Source: a virus
DNA length: 64,000 bases
Virus record (IMG/VR): IMGVR_UViG_3300013306_000017
Span: 3,025-67,024 of that record
Reading direction: 5' to 3' (one strand)
Below the pieces are notes generated by a model. The model was not told the origin of the DNA and made no database searches. It saw nothing but the letters and a program-made list of their open reading frames with translations. Shown in pieces: positions 18,983 to 28,952 of this stretch (its first letter is position 1; each line of letters begins with the position of its first letter). The position numbers and the translations under genes were made by a program.

Positions 18983-20917
18983 TTAGACCGTGATGGTGCC
19001 GCTCTGCTCACGTAAGTAATCGCTGTAGAGCTGCGGTTGATCCTTCACTACCTGCGCCATGGCGGCTTCGAACGTTAATGTGCCGCCGCTCGCCTCTGAG
19101 AGTTGTTTTGCTTTGGCGTCAATCATTGCAGCAGCGCTGTTAGCCGCTGGGGCTGAACTACCACGCTCAGTGAAAAGGTCAGCCGATTTCAGGCGGGCGG
19201 CCGTCGCGTTCTGGCTTTCGACATACGCCTTGAACTCCGGCGACTCCTGCCCCTTCTCAGTCTTGGTGGCCAGGAACTCCAGCATGTCGATGTGGCCCTG
19301 CCGCTCGCCAATCCAGTCCTTTGAAATCTCACCGAACTGAGAGGCGCGTTTGTCTTTCTCCAGGCCCGCTACTTTTTCAGTCAGCTGTGTGATTTGCTCC
19401 GCGGCCGTAGTCAGGTTTTCGCCTGCCGTGCGCTGCTCTGCGAGCTTCGCTTCCGCTGCATCGGCGCGGGCTTTTTCGGTTGCAGCCAACGTTTCGGCGG
19501 CCGTAAGTTTGGTTTGCAGTTCGGTCACGTTCGGCTGACCAGTTGCGGCGGTAGTCATATCTGTTGCTCCTTCAGAAGTAGTCGCCGGCGCTCCGGCATC
19601 GTCCGTAGTTTTCGGCGCTAACGAAGTAAAAAAAATCTCTGAGAATCCTTTGCCTGGCTGATCGACGGTCATTGAACTCGCAAGCTGCAGTTCGCCAGAT
19701 TCATTGGCGACCAGCGGTTGCAATGCCTTCTCTTTGAAAAAGGGCCGGACGGTCAGGGCGCCGCCAATGGCAACGTCCTTGATTTTGGTGTCCGGATTCA
19801 CCGGATCTGTCCATTGGTCAAACCACGCCGGCGAGAAGTACTTGAAGCGGTCTTTTTTGATTAAGTCGATTCCACGATCGGTCCATTCAGCTGAGGCATC
19901 GACTGACCCGTCCTCGTTCACCGTGAGCAAGGTAATCCAGCCGGTTGCGCCGGATTGCGCCAAGTCATGTTCACAATCAATGGGGAGCTTTTCCTGGTAC
20001 ACCTTGTTCCGAAAGTTCTCCACAAAGCGCTCATTGCGCTCACGCGTGATTGTGATTTCGCCATAACGCGGAGAGGTGTAAACGCCAGGCTTCGGCAGGT
20101 AGTTGAACGTGGCCGGAGGCTCGGCAAATCGCTCCGGCTGTTCGATAAACAACCGCATCTTTTGACCGTCAGCACAAAGGTCGGCCACCTCGGAATAGTT
20201 ATTGGTCGGCAACATCTGCAAGTCGACGCGGCGGTCGGCAATCTTCACGGTCAGCCGATCGAACCGCAGCGCGATATCGCTCATGTCGTAATCCGGCGTG
20301 GGATCACCTTTGGGCAAATAGGCCAGCGTTATGTGCGGGTCAAAGCCGTGCTCGGCATTTACAGGAGTTCCGCAGCTTGCCAGGCGACGCACCAAGTCAG
20401 CGCGAAACTCATTAAGTCCGGGGATGTCAACGGAGGCGTAGAAAACATCTTCCTCGCCATCACCGATGAACCGCCCGATACCGGAGACTTCACCGGCCAG
20501 CGGCGTTTGCCAGCCTGCCATATTGCGCATGGCGACCAGCACATCAGCGATTGCCATTTCTCCGAATTGAGAAGCGTCGCCCAGATAGCAGAGGGTTAGG
20601 TGCAGGTCCTCAGGTAGCTCGCCGGAAGGAATGGCAAGTTGCGCAGCGGCATCGGCGCTGGGGTAAAAGCAGATGACCAAACCTTTGAATCCGTCATCCT
20701 CAGCGAACTGTTTTTCGACGGCCACGAGGCTGGCGACGGCGGGCTTCATCTTTTCAGCTTTGGCCTTGCCGCCGGCGTGAGACCGAGTCTGCTTCACAAT
20801 CTCGTTGAGATCGGATTCGGTAAGATTGCCGGATTTCAACTTCGCCTTAACGGCAGCTATGAACTGCGTCAGGTAGTGAAGCCCGGGAGTCTTTTTCTTT
20901 TTGCCGGTATCTGCCAT
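18983..20917 (-). CDS. 2H phosphoesterase - Mu-like prohead protease - scaffold fusion
   Basis: Two HxT motifs (LHLTLCY, PHITLAY); protease IDCEH..ATGWI..EWT..G...FKYFSP..GALT.RPF; C-terminal coiled coil. Confidence 0.88.
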   Translation of the reverse strand: MADTGKKKKTPGLHYLTQFIAAVKAKLKSGNLTESDLNEIVKQTRSHAGGKAKAEKMKPAVASLVAVEKQFAEDDGFKGLVICFYPSADAAAQLAIPSGELPEDLHLTLCYLGDASQFGEMAIADVLVAMRNMAGWQTPLAGEVSGIGRFIGDGEEDVFYASVDIPGLNEFRADLVRRLASCGTPVNAEHGFDPHITLAYLPKGDPTPDYDMSDIALRFDRLTVKIADRRVDLQMLPTNNYSEVADLCADGQKMRLFIEQPERFAEPPATFNYLPKPGVYTSPRYGEITITRERNERFVENFRNKVYQEKLPIDCEHDLAQSGATGWITLLTVNEDGSVDASAEWTDRGIDLIKKDRFKYFSPAWFDQWTDPVNPDTKIKDVAIGGALTVRPFFKEKALQPLVANESGELQLASSMTVDQPGKGFSEIFFTSLAPKTTDDAGAPATTSEGATDMTTAATGQPNVTELQTKLTAAETLAATEKARADAAEAKLAEQRTAGENLTTAAEQITQLTEKVAGLEKDKRASQFGEISKDWIGERQGHIDMLEFLATKTEKGQESPEFKAYVESQNATAARLKSADLFTERGSSAPAANSAAAMIDAKAKQLSEASGGTLTFEAAMAQVVKDQPQLYSDYLREQSGTITV

Positions 20918-20925
20918 CGCCGCCG

Positions 20926-20958
20926 AATGTAGCAGGATGGAAAGATTTAAGTTTTGAG
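20926..20958 (-). promoter_or_regulatory. Late-promoter-like motif B (protease/capsid operon)
   Basis: CTCAAAACTTAAATC-N9-TGCTACATT, 8 nt before the ATG. Confidence 0.7.
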
Positions 20959-21010
20959 ACTCTTTGAGAAGTGAGTTTTTGGGAAACGGGAGAAGGCGTG
21001 AGAGTAGTCT

Positions 21011-21634
21011 TTAGAAGGTCTCTTCCTCGTACTCAATGATGCAGTTGCAGCGAGCGCCGCAAGGTGAATCTCCTATCCGGCGAATCTCGTTGATGTCTTG
21101 CCAGCCAAGGTCATCTTCATCAATGCAAACATCACAAGAATCAACCCCACGGGCCATGACGCGGCGGGCAATGCTCAATCCGAATTCAATGTTGCGGTCA
21201 AGGACTGAGTTTTCGTAACTGCCAATTCCGGCCGTTCCGTACATCTCCGCGCGCGCAGGAATCGCGGCGGTTCGCTCAACAATGGTTCGGGGAACTGCCA
21301 GGGCAAAATCGCGCAAATGCTTGAACTGGAATTTCAGGTCTGCGCCAAGCTTGCCCCAATCCCTGGGCGTCATCGAACCGCGCCCACCGCGTGCAATCAC
21401 AACAGTCGCCGAGTGAAGGTTCTTTACTTCCTTCGCCATTAGCGCCTGCCACTTCGGAACACTGAGTTTTCCGGTTTGCATCTGACTGGCCCAGGCCTTC
21501 ATGCGTGCGGCAGATGTTTTCACGAGGCCATCAATGAGACCGCGAACCTCTTTGGCAGTGAGGGCTCGTCCGCGCGCGGTTAGATACCGTTGCTGTTCAG
21601 CATCCCAGATGACGTTATCAAGAGTGAGAGGCAT
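21011..21634 (-). CDS. Minor head morphogenesis protein (Mu gpF-like)
   Basis: RAEMY and C-terminal CDVC...IGDSPCGARCNC; follows the portal gene. Confidence 0.7.
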   Translation of the reverse strand: MPLTLDNVIWDAEQQRYLTARGRALTAKEVRGLIDGLVKTSAARMKAWASQMQTGKLSVPKWQALMAKEVKNLHSATVVIARGGRGSMTPRDWGKLGADLKFQFKHLRDFALAVPRTIVERTAAIPARAEMYGTAGIGSYENSVLDRNIEFGLSIARRVMARGVDSCDVCIDEDDLGWQDINEIRRIGDSPCGARCNCIIEYEEETF

Positions 21635-21640
21635 GAGAGC

Positions 21641-21847
21641 TTATTCGGTTTCCGCATCAAACAGCTTTGCCGCATCTTCATGACCGATGCGCCTTAACCA
21701 ATTGCTGGTATCGTCCAAATCTTCCTGCGATACCTCGCTGAGTGCATCAAGTTCTGTTTCGGACCAATCAAATGCTTGTTCAGGAATATCAGGCTCAACG
21801 GCAGTTTTGGGCGGGTCAGTGAATGGCGGGCGAAATCTAAAGCGCAT
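21641..21847 (-). CDS. Hypothetical acidic protein
   Basis: 68 aa, fits between portal and minor head genes. Confidence 0.55.
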   Translation of the reverse strand: MRFRFRPPFTDPPKTAVEPDIPEQAFDWSETELDALSEVSQEDLDDTSNWLRRIGHEDAAKLFDAETE

Positions 21848-21877
21848 GACGTATCTCTAATAACACAGTTCGATGAA

Positions 21878-23395
21878 TCACGCAGCAGCGGGCTGCTGGG
21901 GCGCACTGGCCCGAGGTGGCCGACTGCCCTTGGCGCCAGGTTGCCCCGGCTGAGACTCAGGCTGATTCATTGGAGTGGGATTCGCCGCTGCGGCTTGCTG
22001 CGCAAGTTTCTCAGCTTTCCTTTCGGACTCTTCTCGAAGCTTCGCCCGTTTTCCAGGAACCACCGGCATGCCTGCCTGTTCTAGAACCCAATCCTGTTCT
22101 TCATCGCTCAGCTCAATCTTGGTACCTGAAACCTTCGACACCAAATCAGCGAGGTCTTTGAGATCGATGGTTTCAACATCGCCATGCTCGAGGGTGGGCT
22201 GATTGTCTGTGCGCTTGCCGTTGAGTCTCAGCAACTTTGGAATGGCATGACGGTTGAAAACATCTTTGATGATATCGAGGAAGCCACCGAGCGCGATGGA
22301 CAGCAGTTCCGTCTTAGCACTGGCCAGAGCGAACGAACCAACTTTGTCATGGCCCAACAGGAGGAAATCAGCCATCAGCGTCATGAGAATTCGAATGTCG
22401 TAACGCTGAATGATTTTCCCGGTGTCGAACAGTCGCGTACCGGCAGTGGAAAGCAGCTTCACGTCAAACATTCGTTGGTCAGTATTTGGGTATAAGTCTG
22501 AAGGAACCAACAGTGCTGCTTGTTCATCATTGCGGATGTTGGTAATGATCTTTTCGAACTCAACTCGGAGTTTTCGCTTGGGATCATCGGGTGACAACGT
22601 TGCGTCCAAATAAGCCGCCGGCATTAAGCCAACTGGCAAGCCAGCTAGATCCCGCTCGATTCCAATGCCTTCGATATTCTCAATGCGCTGCTTGAAATAC
22701 CAGGAACGATAGACGCGACGGCAGAGCGATCGGCCCTCCGGATTGTTCTTGTGGATTGAAGTTCGGAACAAAAGACTCTTATCGATGGGAATAAAGTTGC
22801 GACTAAACCACGTCTGCTGCCACAAGCCCTGAATGCCGCCACGATCGTCGAGCTCCCATCGTTCGAGTGAATCCTGAGAGCGAATCGGCATTTTTCTCCA
22901 GCCGACAAGGTTGTCATTGAACTTGCTGATTGGCAGTTCTTCATCTTTGCCGGTTGTTGGATTCACAACTGACCCTGGCTTTTCACCCTTCCGCTGTTTG
23001 TAAACAATCTCGTGATAGCTCCAGCCCCAGGGCAGGAAGGAAAGAATCTCATTGATGAGGTCCTTCCAACTTTGAGACATGTCATCCAGATTTGATTGAA
23101 CGAACTCGGCTGTTGCCTTGCTATCGTTGTCATCACCGCCCGCCTTGATCTTCCAGTCAACGCCGCGCGTCAACTGTTCGACTACAAAGAACATGGCATG
23201 AATGACCGGATCGTTTGCCAGCATTTCATTAACGATGCGGCGCCAGCGCGCGCCCGCGAGCTCGTTAAGAAATTCCTCTTGAATCCAGCCGCCATATTGT
23301 TGCAGGCCGGTGCGTCCCAACTCATCAAAGTAGTCAGGCGCTCTCCTGGTCGGAAGGCTGATGTTCACATTAGTGATTAACTGGTCGTCTGGCAT
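21878..23395 (-). CDS. Portal protein (DUF935 / Mu gp29-like)
   Basis: ELGRTG, GWSYHEIVY, NNPEGRSL, GIERDLAGLP, GSFALA motifs. Confidence 0.92.
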   Translation of the reverse strand: MPDDQLITNVNISLPTRRAPDYFDELGRTGLQQYGGWIQEEFLNELAGARWRRIVNEMLANDPVIHAMFFVVEQLTRGVDWKIKAGGDDNDSKATAEFVQSNLDDMSQSWKDLINEILSFLPWGWSYHEIVYKQRKGEKPGSVVNPTTGKDEELPISKFNDNLVGWRKMPIRSQDSLERWELDDRGGIQGLWQQTWFSRNFIPIDKSLLFRTSIHKNNPEGRSLCRRVYRSWYFKQRIENIEGIGIERDLAGLPVGLMPAAYLDATLSPDDPKRKLRVEFEKIITNIRNDEQAALLVPSDLYPNTDQRMFDVKLLSTAGTRLFDTGKIIQRYDIRILMTLMADFLLLGHDKVGSFALASAKTELLSIALGGFLDIIKDVFNRHAIPKLLRLNGKRTDNQPTLEHGDVETIDLKDLADLVSKVSGTKIELSDEEQDWVLEQAGMPVVPGKRAKLREESERKAEKLAQQAAAANPTPMNQPESQPGQPGAKGSRPPRASAPQQPAAA

Positions 23396-23404
23396 GTGCG
23401 CTCG

Positions 23405-23437
23405 ATGGTAGCAGGAACGTTTGATTTAGGTTTTCAG
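23405..23437 (-). promoter_or_regulatory. Late-promoter-like motif C (portal)
   Basis: CTGAAAACCTAAATC-N9-TGCTACCAT, 9 nt before the ATG. Confidence 0.7.
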
Positions 23438-23443
23438 TCACGA

Positions 23444-23785
23444 TTATTCCAATGTGTCTTGAATAAGAACCGTGACATAGGGATCTTCCGGATTCGTGGG
23501 GAACGTATCCACGATGCCGGGGCGTCGGACTTCAAATTCAAGGTTGTAATGTCCGGCTGTATCAACATCGTTCGCAGTCATGGTGTAGCGCCAGGTACCA
23601 GTGGATTCATCCAACAGCTCAAAAGCGGCGCCATCAATCTTGTTTGTCGTGCTGCCCTGCTTTCGCATGAACACTTTCCGAGACGTCGAGCCTGACAGGT
23701 CAACCGGATCACCGTTAGCGTCGAGGAACTGTCCGCTGATTACCTTGCCAGCGTCACCGCGTTTGATTGTGATGTTTGGGTGCAT
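23444..23785 (-). CDS. BppU N-terminal-like Ig-fold virion protein
   Basis: IKRGD...PVDLSG...D.DTAG.Y.LEFEV...TFP pattern. Confidence 0.75.
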   Translation of the reverse strand: MHPNITIKRGDAGKVISGQFLDANGDPVDLSGSTSRKVFMRKQGSTTNKIDGAAFELLDESTGTWRYTMTANDVDTAGHYNLEFEVRRPGIVDTFPTNPEDPYVTVLIQDTLE

Positions 23786-23786
23786 G

Positions 23787-26570
23787 TTATTGAATCCTCA
23801 CTGAGTTAGTACCGTCTGATTCCATTTCCACCTTGGTAGTGCCATCCGAATTCAATGCCACCTGACTTGTTCCGTCTGAATCGAGCGCAACGCTGGAAGG
23901 CGTTAGAACTCGCCGCGTGAGGAACTTGATCAAAGTCGCCAGTGCATGAGTAGCGAAGCTGATGGCCATGCGAGCGGATCGGATGACAGAGGCGGTGACC
24001 ACTGCCGGGGCTGCAATAATGAAGCCGATAGCGCGCTGCACAGTCGGTGTCCCTGCGGCCTGGCTGGCTATGAGCAGCCCGGCATCACGTCGCACGCTCA
24101 CAATTTCGCTGGCGATGGCGACCAAAATAAGCAGCGGAAAACGCAACACGGCCGGTATCGATGATGATGTTCTCACGATCGCCATTTGCACGTTTCTGAG
24201 GGCGACCGGCTCACCACTGGAGATGGCCATCTTCACGAGTGCGACCGCGCGCTCAAGCAATGGCGCTGTCGAGACCGTCACTGATGAGTAAATCTGTGCC
24301 TGACGGGTGGAGGCCGGCATTCCAGGCGCAATCACGGACATCGGCACCAGTGCGGACTTGATGAGTTGCACGGCTGTAACGGAAGAAACAAGGAGCGCGG
24401 TAGCGGCCTTGCGGATGACTGTTGGCGTACTGGCCGCGATAACTACCAGGACACGACCCAGAAGAATGTCAAAGAGGATGGCCGCGCCCGTGCTCTGTGC
24501 TGAGATATGTTTATCAGGCTGAACGTTGACTTGTGGGGTGATCGCCAATGTGGCGCCTGCTTGCGGTGTCCAAGATGCGCCACCTATTGCACCGCTGCCT
24601 AAGGTGGAACTTCCGGCCTCAGCGGAGTAATTGTTCTCTCGCGGCGCATCGATTCGAATTGAGAGAGATGGGCTCTTGATGGCAAATGAGAGGGCGGCGC
24701 TTGCCGCAGCTAAGATCCGGTGCGCGGACCTGAAGAGGCTAGGGGTGCCGCCTGCGTTAATCGAAACCAGATGCCGAGCCTCAATGGTTTTCGCCGGCGT
24801 TTCGTTAGCGGTGACACTGGGACAGACTTGCGGCTGGGCCAACACATGCGGTGCGGTAACTTGAGAGAGGGAGAAGGATGCGAGCCCCGGCTGCTTGCGC
24901 ACCGCGGGAACGCTGACCAGACTCACCGCCCATGAGCGAAGCAGATGTTTGACGATGACGACCGCAACTGTGTTCTGGACTGAGATAACACTTCGCACCT
25001 GGCGCATCAGCGCCGGTACGCCAGTGGCTACAGCGATGATGATCTTGGTTACCTGACTAAGCAGTGAAGGTGTTGAACTGGCTGCTTGGTCAACGAGCTT
25101 GGCCGCTTGCTTTGTGACGACAGGTGTCTCTGTTGTCGTTCGAGAGAACGGCTGAAGTTGCGCTTGTTTTGCCATCAGAGCCGCCTCTGCTGCGGTCAAC
25201 ACGATCAGCATACTTGGCACGCGCTTCAGCGAAATGACGCAAGCCGTGGACACTGACAGACCTGACGGCACGGATGATGGACCAAACATCGTTCCACCCA
25301 TGCCCCATGTGCCAAGCGTCGCGCTGCCGATGGTCAAGCCACCGCGATCGTAGAAAGTAACCAGCAGCGCTGTAGTCATGCTGGGAACATTTGCACTATT
25401 GACTGCCAACGCTCTGAGCACGCTCTTGACGATACTTACCGCAGCGGAATTGGTGGCGCTCAGTAGCTTTCCGGGCTGCTTTGTGATGCTCGGTATGGGC
25501 CCTGCACTCACGCTGGCCATTACCTTGTTCGCTTGCTTGAGCAGCAATGGAACTTCAGCTGACGAAAGACTCACCACGCGCTGTGGGCTCCTGACAACGC
25601 TGGCGAGTTCCGCGCTGGCTACGCTCACAACTTTGCCGGGCTGCTTACTCAACGATGGAGTTTGAGTGGCGGTGGCGAGGATTGTCCTCTTTGGTTGCTT
25701 TGTGAGCGTGGCCACTTCGTTGCCTGTAACAGCAAGTGATTTGTTAACCTGGCGAAGCAAAACCGCTACTTCTGCGGATGACAAACTAGTCACTCGCGCT
25801 GGAGCCTTCACGACAGAGAGGGTGCAAGCCGTGGCCGCGCTGACAGTCACGCTCTGAGTGGCGCCAGCATTCTCCTTGAACGCAATAAAGAGTGAAGCCC
25901 GATCCGCGGTCGTGTCCGTCATGGTCGGATCGGATGTACTGGAGGTTCCTGTCAGGATGCGATATTCAATCGTTCCTGCCATGTGACCTTTTTCGCTGCC
26001 ACCCGTACCCGAAAGAACTCCGGTCGTAGTGGTATAGCTGGCAGTAGTCGCAGACATCGTGCGTGTGTCTGTCTCGCTGGCTATCGCTCGGAAGAAAAGG
26101 TATTCAGCGCTGGACAATCCGGAGATGGTCATGCTGCCGGCATCAGCGTTGTCATTGGCTAAGACCTGGACAGTGCCAGCGATGGAAACTGTGCTGACCG
26201 CGCCCATCGAAAAGACTTCACACAAAGCGCCTTTGGCTACGACCGCGCCGGAGTAGGTTGTAGTGATGGTGTCGCTAGTTGTGAGTTGAGTGGTAATGAC
26301 TGAATACCAAACCGCGACGGTCGCGCCATCTGCCGCCGCGCCGCCCACCGTGTTGGTGTACTCACCTGCCTTTGTCCAGGTGTTCCCCTTGGTGTCTGTG
26401 ACATTGGTGACGTCTGAGGTTTGACCATCTGCGGTGCTGCGGTTATCGAGGGCTAGGATGAGGATGGCCAGGCGGCCAGCATTGATCGTGGCAGCGACAG
26501 GCCAGGCAGTGCTTGACTGCGAGGTTTCGTTTCCGCTGCTGACCGCCTGATTGACGTATGCGATTGCCAT
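23787..26570 (-). CDS. Large repetitive fibre-like virion protein
   Basis: 927 aa, rich in Ser/Thr/Ala/Val; ~20-aa quasi-repeats; three V-x-x-x-SDGT repeats at the C-terminus. Confidence 0.7.
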   Translation of the reverse strand: MAIAYVNQAVSSGNETSQSSTAWPVAATINAGRLAILILALDNRSTADGQTSDVTNVTDTKGNTWTKAGEYTNTVGGAAADGATVAVWYSVITTQLTTSDTITTTYSGAVVAKGALCEVFSMGAVSTVSIAGTVQVLANDNADAGSMTISGLSSAEYLFFRAIASETDTRTMSATTASYTTTTGVLSGTGGSEKGHMAGTIEYRILTGTSSTSDPTMTDTTADRASLFIAFKENAGATQSVTVSAATACTLSVVKAPARVTSLSSAEVAVLLRQVNKSLAVTGNEVATLTKQPKRTILATATQTPSLSKQPGKVVSVASAELASVVRSPQRVVSLSSAEVPLLLKQANKVMASVSAGPIPSITKQPGKLLSATNSAAVSIVKSVLRALAVNSANVPSMTTALLVTFYDRGGLTIGSATLGTWGMGGTMFGPSSVPSGLSVSTACVISLKRVPSMLIVLTAAEAALMAKQAQLQPFSRTTTETPVVTKQAAKLVDQAASSTPSLLSQVTKIIIAVATGVPALMRQVRSVISVQNTVAVVIVKHLLRSWAVSLVSVPAVRKQPGLASFSLSQVTAPHVLAQPQVCPSVTANETPAKTIEARHLVSINAGGTPSLFRSAHRILAAASAALSFAIKSPSLSIRIDAPRENNYSAEAGSSTLGSGAIGGASWTPQAGATLAITPQVNVQPDKHISAQSTGAAILFDILLGRVLVVIAASTPTVIRKAATALLVSSVTAVQLIKSALVPMSVIAPGMPASTRQAQIYSSVTVSTAPLLERAVALVKMAISSGEPVALRNVQMAIVRTSSSIPAVLRFPLLILVAIASEIVSVRRDAGLLIASQAAGTPTVQRAIGFIIAAPAVVTASVIRSARMAISFATHALATLIKFLTRRVLTPSSVALDSDGTSQVALNSDGTTKVEMESDGTNSVRIQ

Positions 26571-26611
26571 AAAAACAAAGCGGGCCGGATCGTGCTATCG
26601 ACCCGACCCGC
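26571..26611 (-). terminator. Intrinsic terminator directly before the ATG at 26570
   Basis: GCGGGUCGGGUCG-auagca-CGAUCCGGCCCGC followed by UUUGUUUUU. Confidence 0.65.
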
Positions 26612-26635
26612 GTAATTCGCTCTGCCGTCAACGTG

Positions 26636-27016
26636 TTATCGATAACGGCGAATGTCAATAGTGCAGGGCGCTACACCATCTGTCAGTTGCTCACCTAAGT
26701 CTCGGCACATCAGCCGCAATGTTGGCACGCCCTTGAGATTGATGACGTCGAGCCGAAGAGTGCCAACTTGGTCATTCTGTCCAACCTCCGGCAGCACTGT
26801 GCCGGCGAAGTCTCCGAAGCCATAGAAGATGCCAGGTGCGATACGCTTCCATTCGACCGGCCCGACGCTATTCTCCATTTCCAACACAAGCGGATGGCCA
26901 GAGCCAGATTGTGCGAGCTGGGCACGATAGATGCCCAGCGAAGTCCAGCGCACGAGCGCGCGGCTGAACATAAGTGAGCCGAGGGGCAAGACGCCTAAGG
27001 GCTGATTGGCTAACAA
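26636..27016 (-). CDS. Hypothetical virion-associated protein
   Basis: 126 aa; YRA.L.QSG...P...ENS.G...W.R...G.F; N-terminal PLGxxPLG. Confidence 0.6.
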   Translation of the reverse strand: MLANQPLGVLPLGSLMFSRALVRWTSLGIYRAQLAQSGSGHPLVLEMENSVGPVEWKRIAPGIFYGFGDFAGTVLPEVGQNDQVGTLRLDVINLKGVPTLRLMCRDLGEQLTDGVAPCTIDIRRYR

Positions 27017-27021
27017 AGAGC

Positions 27022-27711
27022 TTATTCCTCGTCGCGCAGTAATCCGTGGATATAGACTTCAACCGTTTGGGTGCTGCCGTAGGCAATATCGAACGCGACC
27101 TTGAGATGATCGCCAGCAGCCATCTTGATGCTTCTATCGGCTCGCACGATCAAAACATCATCCGGAGAAGTGAGCCCTGCAAGCGACGCGCTGGCAAAAA
27201 CCGTTTCGCTTTCATCAGCGTAATACACCATCGTGGAATTGCCGCCACCAATCGTACCTGGTCCAGCGTTCAACAAATAGAAATGAGTCGGAATGAAAAC
27301 CTTACCGGCAGGGACTTCCCAATTGTTAATCCAATCGGTTGTGTTCATATCCGTTGGATACTCCCACACCCATCGCTCACCGCTGCCGACATCTTCCATC
27401 AAAGTCTTTGCGGTCAGTGGAGCGATGAAGCCATACACCTTGCCGACTGTGTTGTGATCGACATCTGCAGTCCCCTCCTGACCGCGCACCGCGTTTACAG
27501 TATCCGGATCATCCCATTCCATAACGCGGATAATCTCCACGTTCGGATCGTCTGCCGGATCGCCGTAGTCAGTTTTATTCCAGATGACGGCATTGAAGGG
27601 AGGAACCGGAAATCTGGCTCCAGTACCAGGCGCAAGGGTGAGAAAATTCAGGCTCTGAGCAACGCCGGCTGCCAAAGTGGTTTTGGCAAAGTTTTTGAAA
27701 TTGTCTAACAC
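27022..27711 (-). CDS. Tail fibre-like protein
   Basis: NFAKTTLA...FP...EII.V...RGQEGT...H.....LTA N-terminal domain typical of phage fibres. Confidence 0.7.
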   Translation of the reverse strand: MLDNFKNFAKTTLAAGVAQSLNFLTLAPGTGARFPVPPFNAVIWNKTDYGDPADDPNVEIIRVMEWDDPDTVNAVRGQEGTADVDHNTVGKVYGFIAPLTAKTLMEDVGSGERWVWEYPTDMNTTDWINNWEVPAGKVFIPTHFYLLNAGPGTIGGGNSTMVYYADESETVFASASLAGLTSPDDVLIVRADRSIKMAAGDHLKVAFDIAYGSTQTVEVYIHGLLRDEE

Positions 27712-27741
27712 GATGAACCCTTCCCCTGGTGAGGCCCAGGA

Positions 27742-28215
27742 CTATGCGAACTTCAATTTGAAGGTGAGCTGAATTGAATCGCCAGTCAGCAGGTTAATCG
27801 TGGAGATGCCGGACAAGATCAAGGCATTGCCGGCGGATGAAGCATCGAACAGCCCCACCTCCGTCAAAGCTCTCCCGGCCGTCATCGTAATCGTGCCGAC
27901 GACTTGCAGCGTGTCATTCGTCACGGTAGTCGTCACGCGGGTGACCGTGCCGGAGTTGCGCGTTTCCACTTCAGTCGTCAAAGCCGTGGCCGTCGAGTCC
28001 GCGGGCCCGGCGCCGGTGCCAATGGCTACATAGCGCGGCACAGTGCCGCCGATGCCGGACACCAGGTTAGAGCAGATAGCCTTGCCAGCATCCTGGAAGA
28101 ATGGGCCCGCGGCGAGAAGAAGCGGTCCTATGGATCCAAGCTGAATGGCTAACCCAATGACGAGCGCGAGCACAAACCCGAGTCGCATGATGTCTTTGCG
28201 AAGTGTCTTGACCAT
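27742..28215 (-). CDS. Tail collar/fibre-like protein with hydrophobic N-terminus
   Basis: YVAIGTG....TAL.TE..R and TEVGLFDASSAG motifs. Confidence 0.7.
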   Translation of the reverse strand: MVKTLRKDIMRLGFVLALVIGLAIQLGSIGPLLLAAGPFFQDAGKAICSNLVSGIGGTVPRYVAIGTGAGPADSTATALTTEVETRNSGTVTRVTTTVTNDTLQVVGTITMTAGRALTEVGLFDASSAGNALILSGISTINLLTGDSIQLTFKLKFA

Positions 28216-28253
28216 TGGACCGTTCTCCTTACGATGTAGAATGAAACTGTGAA

Positions 28254-28568
28254 CTAGACGGTCGCGCCACCAGCATCAAGGAACGATGCGAATGCTACGC
28301 GGTCCTTCAGTGCCTGTGGCGCATTCTCATCAAGTTCGGCTTCGACGCCTGAGAAGCGCAGCACATCATCGGCAGTGAAAATCTTCGGACAATCTGTTTT
28401 GCGGAGCTTGTCACGGTTCTCCCGGTTCCAATCATCCTCAAGTTCATCAATGAAACGCTCAAGCAACATCAGGCGAGCGCCTTCAGATTCGGAGGTAATA
28501 CCGGTGACCTGGCAAAAGGCCGGAAGTTGAACCGTCTTTAGGTTGGCGATGTCGAATTCAGTTCGCAT
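28254..28568 (-). CDS. Hypothetical protein
   Basis: ATG 28568 with AAGGAG SD. Confidence 0.6.
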   Translation of the reverse strand: MRTEFDIANLKTVQLPAFCQVTGITSESEGARLMLLERFIDELEDDWNRENRDKLRKTDCPKIFTADDVLRFSGVEAELDENAPQALKDRVAFASFLDAGGATV

Positions 28569-28863
28569 TAGGTCGGACTCCTTTGACTTCAAATCTCAAT
28601 CGCTGCCACAGGGCGCGGGCTAAATCCCCCAGCAGTTCTGTCAATGTTGGTTCGCGCTCAAATGAATAAGCCGCAATCTGCTCGGTTTCTATCCTGCCGA
28701 TTACGCCGTTTTCTCCGGCGAGCTCATACCCCCGCGGCTGGAGGCAGGCAGCGTCGGGATGGCTATTTGGATCACCGCAGCCACAGCGGGTGATGACGGC
28801 GGATATTTCCGCGCTTTCAAACGTGCCCTGGGGAACATCAACTGTGCGACCTTGAAGATTCAT
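28558..28863 (-). CDS. Hypothetical protein
   Basis: Likely ATG 28863; AVITRCGC motif; overlaps the next gene. Confidence 0.55.
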   Translation of the reverse strand: MNLQGRTVDVPQGTFESAEISAVITRCGCGDPNSHPDAACLQPRGYELAGENGVIGRIETEQIAAYSFEREPTLTELLGDLARALWQRLRFEVKGVRPNAN

Positions 28864-28952
28864 GTGAACTTTTGTGAGGCAGCAGGGACGCGAAAACAAA
28901 CTCGACGTCCCTGCCCCCAAACTAACCGAGTGGAGCGAGGGCGGTTACTTAT

